From the NCBI GenBank assembly GCA_007376405.1, contig VMGD01000002.1:8159-72158 (forward strand): 64,000 nucleotides of DNA, written 5' to 3'. This document shows, piece after piece, positions 16,710-26,758 of this stretch (position 1 is its first letter; every line of letters begins with the position of its first letter). The position numbers were made by a program, and so were the translations under genes. Under the pieces are notes generated by a model. The model was not told where the DNA came from. It ran no database searches and worked only from the letters and a program-made list of their open reading frames with translations. The stretch comes from Microgenomates group bacterium Gr01-1014_7. GTDB lineage: Bacteria; Patescibacteriota; Microgenomatia; Daviesbacterales; UBA10151.

Positions 16710-17816
16710 ATGCCGGTAATGCTGCAAACTCCTTTTTATGATCCGGGGAAGACTTATGATGAAAATTATAACTATGGTCCATATGGTGCTTTTGCAGACG
16801 GTAAAGATTTAAGAACTAATGAAATTCCAAAAATTGATTTTTTAGGATTTAAGATTAATACTCCGTTTGGAATCCCTGCAGGGCCTCTTTTAAATGCTAA
16901 ATTCTGTAAGGCTGCTTTTGAAAAAGGATTTGATGTTATCCATTATAAAACCAGAAGAAGTAGGGTTTTTCCCACAAACCAGTGGCCTAATGTTTTGTTT
17001 GTGGATGTGCCGGGGGATTTAACCCCGCTAGGCGGGGCTAAAAAACCCTTACTCGGATCAAAAACTACTAACAAAAACCCCACACATTTTAGTATTACCA
17101 ACTCTTTTGGTAACCCTTCCCCCGATCCGGATATTTGGCAGGAAGATATGAAAAAAGCAGTTGAGGCAGAAGGCCCGGGTCAGCTGCTGGTAGCTTCTGT
17201 TGTCGGGACAATCAAAAAGGGGTTTTCGGAAGAGGATTATTTTGATGATTTTGCAAAGTCTGCAAAACTTGCCAAAGAGACAGGAGTCAAGGTAATAGAG
17301 TTAAATTTGTCTTGTCCAAATGTGGCCAATGAGGGGATTATATGTTATGACCTGGAGGCTGTTGAGCGCATCTGTAGAAAAAGTAAGGGATCTGTTGGGG
17401 ATATGCCGCTTCTTATAAAATTGGGTTATTTTTCTCCTGAGGAGCAAAACCTCTTGGAAAATATTGTCAAAAGCATACTTCCATATATTTCCGGCATTGC
17501 TGCCATTAATACTATTCCTGCACCAGTGGTTGATGAAAACGGTAAGCAGGCTTTACCGGGATCTCCTGCAAGGCTGGTGGCTGGAATTTGCGGCGCTTCT
17601 ATTAAATGGGCAGGGCTGGAAATGGTTAAGAGATTAAACCTGATCAAAAAAAAATTAAAATCCAACTTTGCCATAATTGGAGTGGGAGGGGTAATGAAGC
17701 CCGCAGACTATTTTGAATATAGAAAATTTGGCTCGGATTTAGTTCAGTCGGCCACCGGAGCAATGTGGAATCCATATCTGGCACAAGAAGTCAAAAGGAG
17801 GCTAAAGACTCTTTGA
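16710..17816 (+). CDS. pyrD: Dihydroorotate dehydrogenase family protein
   Basis: It has IELNLSCPN and a TIM-barrel flavoprotein pattern, and it neighbours pyrE and pyrF. Confidence 0.65.
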   Translation: MPVMLQTPFYDPGKTYDENYNYGPYGAFADGKDLRTNEIPKIDFLGFKINTPFGIPAGPLLNAKFCKAAFEKGFDVIHYKTRRSRVFPTNQWPNVLFVDVPGDLTPLGGAKKPLLGSKTTNKNPTHFSITNSFGNPSPDPDIWQEDMKKAVEAEGPGQLLVASVVGTIKKGFSEEDYFDDFAKSAKLAKETGVKVIELNLSCPNVANEGIICYDLEAVERICRKSKGSVGDMPLLIKLGYFSPEEQNLLENIVKSILPYISGIAAINTIPAPVVDENGKQALPGSPARLVAGICGASIKWAGLEMVKRLNLIKKKLKSNFAIIGVGGVMKPADYFEYRKFGSDLVQSATGAMWNPYLAQEVKRRLKTL

Positions 17817-18530
17817 GAACTTTAAATACTCAATAACCTCATTATATCTTTTTTTATCAATACTATTTTTATCCGAATAATATTTTAAAAGTTCAGCTAA
17901 CTTAAAAGGAGCATAAAACTCATATCCGGCTTTTTCTAAGGTTTCTCTTCCTCCCTCATCCCGATCAACCAAAATAAGTAACCCTACAACTTTATATCCA
18001 AGTTTTTCAGCAACCTCAAACGCTCTAAATTTAGATTCACCCTTTGTGATAACATCATCTATAATCAGCAGAGTTTTCCCGTTGCCAAACGGTGTTTCTT
18101 TTGCCGGTAAAATTCTTGGTTTTCCCGGATTGTCATCTTTTTCAAAAATTGTCACATAAGGAATTTTGGAGATTCTTGAAAATTCTTTGGCAAAAGGGAT
18201 GGCTGCGTTTGGAATTCCCGTACAAAAATCAGGTCTCTCCCTTAATTTTACTTCAGCCAGAGCTGAGGCGATTTTGGTCACTAAGTTTTGGGGCAAATTT
18301 CTCAAATTAACGATAATTGGTGAAAGGGGAGCTGTTGGATTTTTCTCATGATGTACGAAAGCAAACTCAGTTGAGTCTGCCCTAAAATCAACCGGACTGG
18401 TTTCCCTTATCACATAATAAAATTTAAAACTACCGTCAGAATTTTGTTTTCTCCTTCTAACTTTGGCCTCAATTTTAGTATTTAAAAGCAGATCAGCTAG
18501 CTCTTGTTGAGATTTTGTCAGATTAGACAT
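17802..18530 (-). CDS. pyrE: Orotate phosphoribosyltransferase-like (type I PRTase)
   Basis: The PRPP-binding motif LLIIDDVITKGES is present. It is co-oriented and overlapping with pyrF. Confidence 0.6.
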   Translation of the reverse strand: MSNLTKSQQELADLLLNTKIEAKVRRRKQNSDGSFKFYYVIRETSPVDFRADSTEFAFVHHEKNPTAPLSPIIVNLRNLPQNLVTKIASALAEVKLRERPDFCTGIPNAAIPFAKEFSRISKIPYVTIFEKDDNPGKPRILPAKETPFGNGKTLLIIDDVITKGESKFRAFEVAEKLGYKVVGLLILVDRDEGGRETLEKAGYEFYAPFKLAELLKYYSDKNSIDKKRYNEVIEYLKFSKSL

Positions 18531-19284
18531 GAGCTAAAATCTCCTGAATTTTTGAATGCAACGCTTGGGTGACTTCTCGGGGGTTGGGAGCAAATATAAT
18601 ACCCCTGGATGAGTTAATTATTAAACCCTGCTTTTGGGAATTAAGGCCATTTTTGAATATATCTTCTAAATTTCCGCCCTGTTCTCCTATGCCCGGTACT
18701 AAAATCGGCATATCTCCGATTATTTTTCTAACTATTGCAAGTTCTTCAGGGTAAGTTGCTCCAACAACAACTGCTAAGTTATTATTTGTATTCCAGCTGA
18801 CTACATGTTCAGCTACAACCTGATATAAGGGTTTACCACTAATTTGCAAATCCTGAAATTCACCTGCCCCCGGATTGGAAGTTTTTACCAGAATAAGAAT
18901 ACCTTTATCGGCCCTGTCCAAAAACGGCTGCAGCGCTTCTTTTCCCAGATACGGATTGACTGTCACTGCATCCACTCCTAAAGTATCAAATATTTCTTTG
19001 ACATAGGCCTCATTGGTATGGCTAACATCGCCTAGTTTTGCATCTAAAATTATCAGAATATCCGGGTGATTATCTTTGATATAACTGACAGTTTTGTCCA
19101 GTTCTGACTCTTTATAAGCGTAGCTTACGCTATAAAAGGCCGCATTTGGTTTATAGCTACAAACTAAATCAAAAGTAGCATCAATAACGGACTGGTTGGA
19201 TTCAAAATCTCCCTGATCCAATCCAACACAAACAAATTTCCCCTCATCCCATTTAGCTTTTAATTTATTCAAGAACTGATTCAT
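18523..19284 (-). CDS. pyrF: Orotidine 5'-phosphate decarboxylase
   Basis: It has a VCVGLDQ start, ILDAKLGDVSHT (K.GDI) and the OMPdecase fold. Confidence 0.75.
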   Translation of the reverse strand: MNQFLNKLKAKWDEGKFVCVGLDQGDFESNQSVIDATFDLVCSYKPNAAFYSVSYAYKESELDKTVSYIKDNHPDILIILDAKLGDVSHTNEAYVKEIFDTLGVDAVTVNPYLGKEALQPFLDRADKGILILVKTSNPGAGEFQDLQISGKPLYQVVAEHVVSWNTNNNLAVVVGATYPEELAIVRKIIGDMPILVPGIGEQGGNLEDIFKNGLNSQKQGLIINSSRGIIFAPNPREVTQALHSKIQEILAHV

Positions 19285-19304
19285 TACGAAAGAATCATAC
19301 CAAA

Positions 19305-20117
19305 ATGTGGTATATTGGTCCAGTCATGAGCAAGGCAATCCCTAATTTGCGGATTTTTCTTCTGCTTGCATTTTTAAGCCTTATAATATTTCTTTTTGAC
19401 AGTTTTAACTTACTGGCAATTCCCAAGAAAGCAGCTTTTTATATAACAAATCCCATCTCTTTTGGTCTTTATCAGACAAAAATAAATTTTACCAGGCAAT
19501 TTAATTTTATATACACTCTTCGCTTTGCATCACAAGAAAATAAAGCATTAAAAGAGCAAATCGGACAACTATTATCCGAAAATGCCAGACTGCGAAAAGA
19601 TCTGGCTGAAACCCGGGCTTTGGTTTCTCAAACTACCCACCTTGATCCTTCCACCTATAATCTGATTCCTGCCCGTCCTGTTGGAGCAGGCAGATATTTA
19701 AAAATTGATAAAGGTTTAATTGACGGAGTGAAGCTGGGTGAGGCCGTGGTTTTTAATGATAATTATATCGGTAAAATTATCCAGATTTCGGAAAAAGCAG
19801 CCAATGTCGAGCTTTTGTCTGACCCGGACTCCAAAGTGGCAGCTTTTTCGCAAGGCCTGGAAGGAAAAGCCAAAGGAGTTTTGACAGGGCAATTCGGCAG
19901 CGAGATTTTAATGGATAAAATACTCCACGGCGAAAAAGTCGCCGAAGGCGACTTGGTTTATTCGGAAGGGACCGAGGGCTTTTTACCAAGGGGTTTAATT
20001 TTAGGCAGGGTCGCCGGGGTATTGGAGAGACAAACGCAAGTTTTTAAACAAGCCAAGGTCAAGCCTGTATTTGATATCAGAGATTTGGAACTGGTGTTTG
20101 TGATACAGGATAACTGA
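19305..20117 (+). CDS. mreC: Rod shape-determining protein MreC
   Basis: An N-terminal TM is followed by a coiled coil (LKEQIGQLLSENARLRKDL) and a beta domain, and it lies upstream of mreD and PBP2. Confidence 0.7.
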   Translation: MWYIGPVMSKAIPNLRIFLLLAFLSLIIFLFDSFNLLAIPKKAAFYITNPISFGLYQTKINFTRQFNFIYTLRFASQENKALKEQIGQLLSENARLRKDLAETRALVSQTTHLDPSTYNLIPARPVGAGRYLKIDKGLIDGVKLGEAVVFNDNYIGKIIQISEKAANVELLSDPDSKVAAFSQGLEGKAKGVLTGQFGSEILMDKILHGEKVAEGDLVYSEGTEGFLPRGLILGRVAGVLERQTQVFKQAKVKPVFDIRDLELVFVIQDN

Positions 20118-20563
20118 TGAAGACCTTAATACTTATATTAATTATATTGTCTTTTATCCAAACTACCATTTTATCCCTTAACTTGGTTCTTATCATCCTT
20201 ATAGCCCGCTCTTTAATCCGGCCGGAAAGAAATAATCTGACTGCGGTCTTCTGTTTTGGACTTTTAATCTCTCATTTAACTTTGCAGCCCCTGGGATACT
20301 TAAGCCTAATCTATTTGATTTTGGTGCAAGCAACTTTGGTACTCTCTAAATCCAGGTTGTCTGCCAATCCCTTTTTGATAATACCTCTTACCGGCGTTTT
20401 ATCCACACTTAATCTGACAGCGGTTGCGCTACTAGCTCATCAGTCAACTGTCCTGATGCCGCAAATTTTTATTGAAAGCTTTTTAGCTTTACCGATTTTT
20501 TATTCTCTTAGGCTTTGGGAAGAAAGATTTATCGTTAGAAAGGAGATAAAGCTCCGCGTATGA
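20117..20563 (+). CDS. mreD: MreD-like small polytopic membrane protein
   Basis: It is hydrophobic with 4-5 TM helices and sits between mreC and the PBP2 gene, overlapping both by 1-4 nt. Confidence 0.45.
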   Translation: MKTLILILIILSFIQTTILSLNLVLIILIARSLIRPERNNLTAVFCFGLLISHLTLQPLGYLSLIYLILVQATLVLSKSRLSANPFLIIPLTGVLSTLNLTAVALLAHQSTVLMPQIFIESFLALPIFYSLRLWEERFIVRKEIKLRV

Positions 20564-22359
20564 GAAAAAGTAAGTCTCTTGGGTATGGTGAAGATGACTG
20601 GAAGGATACTCTTCTGCCCAATTTTTCCCAATCTTTGGTCCGTCAGCTGACGGATCGTTTTGGGCAAAGTCCCTGGAGGTTAAGTTGTCTTTATATCCTC
20701 AGTCTGGTTTTATTTTTCATAATTTTTCTACGCCTGTTTCATCTGCAAATAGTTGAAGGTAAAGGAAATAGAGAACTGGCAGATAGCAACCGGATTCAAA
20801 TTAAAATTATTCATGCTCCAAGAGGAGTAATTTTTGATAGAAACGGAAAAGTTTTGGCAGCCAACTCCCCGGCATTTCGAATGTATAATGCCGATAGCAA
20901 AAAAGCAAGGTTAATATCTAGAGAAGAGGCGCTAGCACTTGAGGTAAATCCGCCGGCTGGCGGACCGCAAGCGGCAAATCTGGAAGTTGACAATGTCCGC
21001 AGTTACCTGATGGGAGAAAAAACTGCTCATTTGGTTGGTTATGTTGGAGAAATTTCCGAAGCTCAGCTAAAAGATACGCAGTACAAAAATTATCGGCAGG
21101 GAGATAGAATCGGTCAATCGGGTATAGAGGCAGAGTATGAAAAATTACTTAAAGGAACGGATGGAGGAGAGATTATTGAGGTTGACTCATTGGGAAAAAA
21201 ATTGCGCTCCTTAAGAACAAATCCGCCAATTCCGGGGCAAAATATCTATCTGACAATGGATGCGGATTTGCAGGATAAAATCTATCAAAGGTTGGTTGCG
21301 ACCTTGCCCAAGGTCGGCAGTTGTTGTGGTGCGGCGCTGGCCATGGACCCAAACACAGGAGCGATTTTGGCTCTTTTATCTCTTCCTGCTTTTGATCCTA
21401 ATATCTTTACCAATTCAGTTGATGAAAGCGCAATCTCGCAGATTTTTTCCAGGTCTGACTCACCCATTTTAAACCGGGCTGTAGCCGGAACTTATCCCCC
21501 TGGCTCCACTTTTAAAATAGTTACTTCCCTGGCAGGCCTTGGCAGCGGGAAAATAACTGCCCAAACAAGCTTTGAAGATACCGGAGTGTTGTATCTTGGC
21601 ACATTCAAGTTTACCAACTGGTATTTTAATCAGTACGGCAGGGTGGAAGGAGCAGTTAATTTATTAAAAGCGCTGCAGCGCTCAAATGATATTTACTTTT
21701 ACCAGGTGGGAAGAACTGTTGGGGAAGATACTTTGGTGGATTGGGGCAGGAAACTGCGGCTGGGTACTAAGCTGGACATTGATTTGCCGGGTGAGGAGAC
21801 AGGGCTTTTGCCAACAGATGCATGGAAAAGGGAAACTTTTGGAGAGGGATGGTATCCGGGAGATACTTTGCATATGGCTATCGGCCAGGGGTTTGTTCTA
21901 ACAACTCCTTTGCAGATTTTGGGAGAAACAGCGTTTATTGCCGCGGACGGAACCCTTTACAAGCCTCATATTCTAAAGGCAGCACCAAAAATTCTGGTTT
22001 CCAATATTGCCTCCGCAGATAAAATTAAATTAATAAAAGAGGGATTAAAACTGGTGCCAAAACAGGGAGGGACGGCCTGGCCGTTTTTTACTTTTCCGAT
22101 ACCTACCGCAGGTAAAACAGGGACTGCAGAATTTGGCGACCCAAAAGACAGGACTCATGCCTGGTATACGGGCTTTGCCCCGGCTGATGAGCCAAAAATT
22201 GTTATGACTATTTTGGTAGAAGGAGGGGGAGAAGGGTCATCAGTTGCCTCACCGATTGTCAAAGAAGCCTTCCGCTGGTACCTTTCCCCCGACAAAAATA
22301 ATCTAATAAAGGATATTTATGTTCCAGCATCAGAATCTGCAAGAACACTAGGAGAATGA
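20560..22359 (+). CDS. mrdA: Penicillin-binding protein 2 (transpeptidase)
   Basis: It has the N-terminal TM, a dimerization domain and the SxxK motif (GSTFKIVTS). SxN and KTG(T) equivalents are present (KTGTAE). Confidence 0.85.
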   Translation: MRKSKSLGYGEDDWKDTLLPNFSQSLVRQLTDRFGQSPWRLSCLYILSLVLFFIIFLRLFHLQIVEGKGNRELADSNRIQIKIIHAPRGVIFDRNGKVLAANSPAFRMYNADSKKARLISREEALALEVNPPAGGPQAANLEVDNVRSYLMGEKTAHLVGYVGEISEAQLKDTQYKNYRQGDRIGQSGIEAEYEKLLKGTDGGEIIEVDSLGKKLRSLRTNPPIPGQNIYLTMDADLQDKIYQRLVATLPKVGSCCGAALAMDPNTGAILALLSLPAFDPNIFTNSVDESAISQIFSRSDSPILNRAVAGTYPPGSTFKIVTSLAGLGSGKITAQTSFEDTGVLYLGTFKFTNWYFNQYGRVEGAVNLLKALQRSNDIYFYQVGRTVGEDTLVDWGRKLRLGTKLDIDLPGEETGLLPTDAWKRETFGEGWYPGDTLHMAIGQGFVLTTPLQILGETAFIAADGTLYKPHILKAAPKILVSNIASADKIKLIKEGLKLVPKQGGTAWPFFTFPIPTAGKTGTAEFGDPKDRTHAWYTGFAPADEPKIVMTILVEGGGEGSSVASPIVKEAFRWYLSPDKNNLIKDIYVPASESARTLGE

Positions 22360-22434
22360 ACGCCTCTGGTAATCTATTATATATAGATATATAGATCAAA
22401 AAATAGACAAAATAACCCTCGAGGACTAATTTGT

Positions 22435-22920
22435 CTAGACTCCAAAATAATCCCTAAATTCTTTGTCTCTTTCTATTTCCGAAACTTTCAAAATCCGCAC
22501 ATATTCCCCAATACCTAAATATTCTCTTAAAAACTCAACTTGTTTCTCACAAGGATAAGCATGTAGAAATACACTTTCATGGAATGGATAAAACCCCCAG
22601 GCTTTTAAATATTCTCTTAAAATAGCTCTGATTCTATGCAATCTCCCGGGGATGTCATAACTTATAAGCCTCCATTTACCATCCCAAATTTTAGGTTTTT
22701 CAACAGCCAACTCGTCGAGTGCAAATTTTAAAACCTTTCTCTTACCTGAAGCAGTAATTTTGACTATTTGCATGCCGTCTTTTTCATCTAATTCAACCAA
22801 CTTCTGCTTTTCTAGACGTGTCAGAGTTCTTCTTAAATAGGGAATATTAAAACGTTTCCAAGTTTCAAATTCTTCCTTTCTCTTATGATCCAAAAATGGT
22901 TTTAAGGCCAGCCCCAACAA
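22435..22920 (-). CDS. PaaX-like transcriptional regulator (C-terminal domain). The N-terminal part is possibly in ORF 22883..23086 via a frameshift
   Basis: WDGKWRLISYDIPGRLHRIRAILREYLKAWGF matches the PaaX C-domain pattern (WDGRWHLV.F.IPE..R..R..LR..L.WLGF). The upstream overlapping ORF, in a different frame, could supply the HTH. Confidence 0.45.
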   Translation of the reverse strand: MLGLALKPFLDHKRKEEFETWKRFNIPYLRRTLTRLEKQKLVELDEKDGMQIVKITASGKRKVLKFALDELAVEKPKIWDGKWRLISYDIPGRLHRIRAILREYLKAWGFYPFHESVFLHAYPCEKQVEFLREYLGIGEYVRILKVSEIERDKEFRDYFGV

Positions 22921-23086
22921 GTGCTAAAATTGTTTTAACTGGAGCATATTTTCGATCAAAGATCTCTTTATCTATTTGCTTAGTTAGAGTTTTTGATACT
23001 TCCGCAATAAGTGAATCATTTATGGAGATGGATAGATCTTCTATACGTGATTTAGATTTTCTTTTAGCTTGAGCCATCATAGACAA
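22883..23086 (-). CDS. Small ORF. It is possibly the N-terminal fragment of the PaaX-like regulator separated by a frameshift
   Basis: It overlaps the downstream gene by 38 nt in another frame, and ...ILALVGAGLK would splice onto ...PFLDHK. Confidence 0.3.
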   Translation of the reverse strand: MSMMAQAKRKSKSRIEDLSISINDSLIAEVSKTLTKQIDKEIFDRKYAPVKTILALVGAGLKTIFGS

Positions 23087-23187
23087 AATAATCCTTTGGG
23101 GCTATTTTGTCAAATTTAGTTTTTGATGATATCTATTAGGTATTTTGGGGAGTGGTAACTGTCGTAAATCTTAAATATAATGAAAAC

Positions 23188-23538
23188 ATGTCAAAGAATT
23201 TGTTGTTCATACTGGCTTTGATAATAATTATATTAACTGCCTATTTTACTCTGGCAGTAAATTCCGGTTTACCTAAAGCCCCAGCTAGAAATGAAGTGGA
23301 AACCGCTGTTAACCAGGCAAAACATCTCTTTGGGCTGGAAAAGCAAGCGGGTCGCGATTTTTCCAGTGGCCCCTGTCTTTCTAACGCTTTATTGCCTGGC
23401 TGGGTTTTGGATATTGCCCACAACCCCAGGCAAGCAATTGATGATTTACCGGAGAATCAGTGTTCATCATATCGCGAAGGTCGGGCTTTGCATTTTGTAG
23501 AGCTTGATCCTGAGGGAAACTTAATTAGAGCACAGTAA
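23188..23538 (+). CDS. Hypothetical small secreted/membrane protein
   Basis: It has an N-terminal TM/signal sequence, MSKNLLFILALIIIILTAYF. Confidence 0.35.
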   Translation: MSKNLLFILALIIIILTAYFTLAVNSGLPKAPARNEVETAVNQAKHLFGLEKQAGRDFSSGPCLSNALLPGWVLDIAHNPRQAIDDLPENQCSSYREGRALHFVELDPEGNLIRAQ

Positions 23539-23539
23539 C

Positions 23540-26122
23540 ATGGCCAAATATCTGTCAATACCAATCCATTTAATTGAATTCTGGTATCCGGAGGCTACTA
23601 TCTTTTTTGTCCGGACCTGGAAAAATTTAATGCTTTATCTGGAAGAAGACTTGGCAGCAGGCCTGATGTGGAGGTTACTTTTTACTCCTCTTTTCCATGA
23701 CGCAACAATAGTAGGTCATGTTTTAAGTTTTCTCTTTAGAGTGATCCGTATAATATTCGGACTGTTTGGATTTTTTATTGCTACCGTTTTGCTTTTAGCA
23801 ATAGGAGGATATTGGTTAATAATTCCTGTGCTTACTTTTCTAAATACCAGTCCTGTTCTGGATACTGTAACCAGAATTTTATTTTTTGGAGGTCTGGGAC
23901 TTTTTCTTATTCATATCTTCGGCCACCCCCACAAAAAGGTCTGGCAAACAACCGATCTGTGGCTGGCCTCTACCGTTAAAAAAGAAAATCTCAAATTTGC
24001 CATCCTTTTACAAAATAAAGAAGTTCAAGATCTGCTAGCAAATTTGGAACTGCAACTTGACCATCTGCCTAACTGGGATATTCAAAATGCTGACGAAGTA
24101 GGGAAAAAAGCGTTTGATTTGGCAAAAACTTCAGGTAGTGAATATATTGGCCCCCGCCATTTTTTTGTAGCAGCGCTAAAACAAATTCCCAATATAGATA
24201 ATATGCTCTTAAAACTTGATCTTAAAATATCCGATTTTGATAGAGCCTTAAAATATATGGAAACCAAAATTCAAACATGGAGAAGTATTTTTATCTGGGA
24301 TGATGAATTTACAGTACATCATTTAAAAGGGGTAAACAGAGGATGGCTGGGAGTACCCACTCCAAACTTGGATTTATACAGTGAGGATTTAACTAAAGAT
24401 GCCGCGACAAAAGGATTTGCTGATTTAATTAGAGAAAACGGAAAACTTTCTGAGGTAGTAAATATCTTATCACAACAAACAGGAAGAAATGTAATTTTGG
24501 TGGGGCCACCGGGATCAGGAAAAACAGCATTTATAAGGTATCTCGCCCAGCAAATAGTTACAGGAAATGCACCGCCGGCCCTAGCAACTAAAAGATTGGT
24601 GATGTTGGATTTAACTAAGCTTTTATCCGGGATAAAAACCCAGGGAGAGCTGGCAGAGCGGGTAAAAGCTATATTTGAAGAGGTTGCTTTTGCCCAAAAT
24701 ATAATTTTTGTTGTTGATGAAATTCATGAACTCGGGTTAGGGGAAGTGGGAACCAGTCTAAATCTTTACTCACTGATGCAACCCTACCTTGAATCAGACA
24801 CTTTCCAGTTTATAGGCATCACTGAAGAGGAAAATTACTCAAGGATTTTAGAAAAAAACGGCTTTTTTGCCAGAATTTTCAGAAAAGTTGAAATTGAACC
24901 GGCAACTCCCAATGACTCACTGAAGATTTTGCAGTACCGTGCCATTGAGGCAGAAAGAAACTTAAAGGTAAAGGTAAGCTTGCTGGCTATTAAGTCAGCA
25001 GTTGAGTTATCTCAAAAGCTTATTTATGACCGCTGTTTGCCGGATTCCGCAATTGCAGTTTTGAAGGAAGCTTTGACAAGGGCAGTAAATGGTTGGGTAA
25101 CTAAAGATGTTATAAAAAGGGTAATTTCACAGCGGGTAAAAGTCCCCTTAATGGATATAGGCACTGCTGATAAACAAAAGCTTCTTAATCTGGAATCACA
25201 AATCCATAGCAGGTTAATTGATCAGGAGCAGGCAGTAAAAGCGGTTTCGGATTCGCTAAGAAGAGCTGCCACCGGACTTGGTGAAGACGGCAGGCCAATC
25301 GGATCATTTTTATTTGTTGGACCAACCGGAGTGGGTAAAACAGAGCTTGCCAAAACTTTGGCAGATGTATACTTTACGGGTACCACGGGTGGTAAGGGTA
25401 TCACAAGTACCACTGGGAATGAACCCCGTGATACCCGTGATACTTTTGATACTCGTGGTACTTTTATTCGTTTTGATATGTCCGAATATCAAAATCCCGA
25501 ATCTGTGGTAAGACTTATCGGGGGAGCTGGAGAAGGCGGTTTACTCACGGAAAGTGTCAGAAACAGACCTTATGGTTTGATTCTTCTGGATGAGCTTGAA
25601 AAAGCCAATGATAAAATATTGACTTTATTTTTGCAGGTTTTGGATGACGGCAGGTTAACTGATGGCGCAGGAAGGGTAGTTAGTTTTGAAAATACTATCA
25701 TTATTGCCACCTCCAATGCCGGATCTTTACTGATTGCAGAGGGGCTGGATCAGGGAAAAACTCTGGAAAGTTTGGAAAGGGGAGTTAATGATGAACTGTT
25801 GAAAGAATTTAGCCCGGAACTGGTTAATAGATTTGATGAGGTAGTTTTATTCAAGTCGTTGGCAGAGGCTGATTTGGAAAAAATTGTTAAGTTAAAGCTG
25901 GCTGCTTTGCAGACCCAGATGAAAGAAAAAGGATATTTGATTGAATTTGACAGGGCATTGCTGGAAGAGCTGGCAAAGAGGGGATTTGATCCGGTTTTAG
26001 GGGCCAGACCCTTGCGCAGACTGATTCAGGATAGTCTGGAAGCCAATTTATCCAGGATGATTTTAGAAGGAAACTTAAAAAAAGGAATAGTATTCAGGGC
26101 CGGAGTGGAGCTTCTGGGATGA
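23540..26122 (+). CDS. Membrane-anchored Clp/Hsp100-family AAA+ ATPase (ClpA/B-like, two nucleotide-binding domains)
   Basis: It has 3-4 N-terminal TM helices. NBD1 carries VILVGPPGSGKTAF and NBD2 carries FLFVGPTGVGKTELAKTLA. A C-terminal ClpB-D2-small-like domain carries GARPLRRLIQ. Confidence 0.8.
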   Translation: MAKYLSIPIHLIEFWYPEATIFFVRTWKNLMLYLEEDLAAGLMWRLLFTPLFHDATIVGHVLSFLFRVIRIIFGLFGFFIATVLLLAIGGYWLIIPVLTFLNTSPVLDTVTRILFFGGLGLFLIHIFGHPHKKVWQTTDLWLASTVKKENLKFAILLQNKEVQDLLANLELQLDHLPNWDIQNADEVGKKAFDLAKTSGSEYIGPRHFFVAALKQIPNIDNMLLKLDLKISDFDRALKYMETKIQTWRSIFIWDDEFTVHHLKGVNRGWLGVPTPNLDLYSEDLTKDAATKGFADLIRENGKLSEVVNILSQQTGRNVILVGPPGSGKTAFIRYLAQQIVTGNAPPALATKRLVMLDLTKLLSGIKTQGELAERVKAIFEEVAFAQNIIFVVDEIHELGLGEVGTSLNLYSLMQPYLESDTFQFIGITEEENYSRILEKNGFFARIFRKVEIEPATPNDSLKILQYRAIEAERNLKVKVSLLAIKSAVELSQKLIYDRCLPDSAIAVLKEALTRAVNGWVTKDVIKRVISQRVKVPLMDIGTADKQKLLNLESQIHSRLIDQEQAVKAVSDSLRRAATGLGEDGRPIGSFLFVGPTGVGKTELAKTLADVYFTGTTGGKGITSTTGNEPRDTRDTFDTRGTFIRFDMSEYQNPESVVRLIGGAGEGGLLTESVRNRPYGLILLDELEKANDKILTLFLQVLDDGRLTDGAGRVVSFENTIIIATSNAGSLLIAEGLDQGKTLESLERGVNDELLKEFSPELVNRFDEVVLFKSLAEADLEKIVKLKLAALQTQMKEKGYLIEFDRALLEELAKRGFDPVLGARPLRRLIQDSLEANLSRMILEGNLKKGIVFRAGVELLG

Positions 26123-26505
26123 AAAGCCTGCAAGTTATAACGATTATAATTGTTGTAAATATTATAAATGTTATATTTTCTCCTGCTATCCAGGCCCAAG
26201 TCAATCTTGATGATGTAAACCAAAAAGTTTGCAATAGATTTGAGGAAGATTTAAACAGGCTGGCTGCTATTATGGAGGAACTCCGCAGAAGAAAGGGGAT
26301 AACAGAGACCCGCGTTGCTTTTGGAGGGGTGGATACTCCAATAGAAAATGCAGATTACTGGATAACCTACGGCGCAGAAGCAATGGCTTTTCAGAGAGCT
26401 CAAAAATATAGCTCAACTGCAAGTTTAAAGTCTGATTTGAGGGTTTTAGCAGGTAAAGTTCTGCGTGCCAAAGCTGAGGTCGGAAAAGCATTAAATGCAA
26501 AGTAA
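26119..26505 (+). CDS. Hypothetical secreted protein
   Basis: ORF with an N-terminal signal peptide. Confidence 0.35.
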   Translation: MKSLQVITIIIVVNIINVIFSPAIQAQVNLDDVNQKVCNRFEEDLNRLAAIMEELRRRKGITETRVAFGGVDTPIENADYWITYGAEAMAFQRAQKYSSTASLKSDLRVLAGKVLRAKAEVGKALNAK

Positions 26506-26722
26506 AAAAATCATTATAGTTTGTATAATATTTTTGGCAGTTATACTAGTTTTAGTGTTTTCTGGCCGGCAATCCAATCTGATGGTTACTCCAACCTCTT
26601 CACCCGGTCCTACTCCAACTGTAATGCCCAAACCAAAAACTTTTCAGTTTGATTCTTCTACTGATTTAAACGCGGAACTTGAAAAAGTAGATCCCAAAGT
26701 ACTAGAATCTGATTTTGAGTGA
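26495..26722 (+). CDS. Hypothetical small membrane-anchored protein
   Basis: ORF with an N-terminal TM and a Pro/Thr-rich linker. Confidence 0.3.
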   Translation: MQSKKIIIVCIIFLAVILVLVFSGRQSNLMVTPTSSPGPTPTVMPKPKTFQFDSSTDLNAELEKVDPKVLESDFE

Positions 26723-26758
26723 TTGAAAAATTGACAAATTCTGTATAAACTGGATTTT

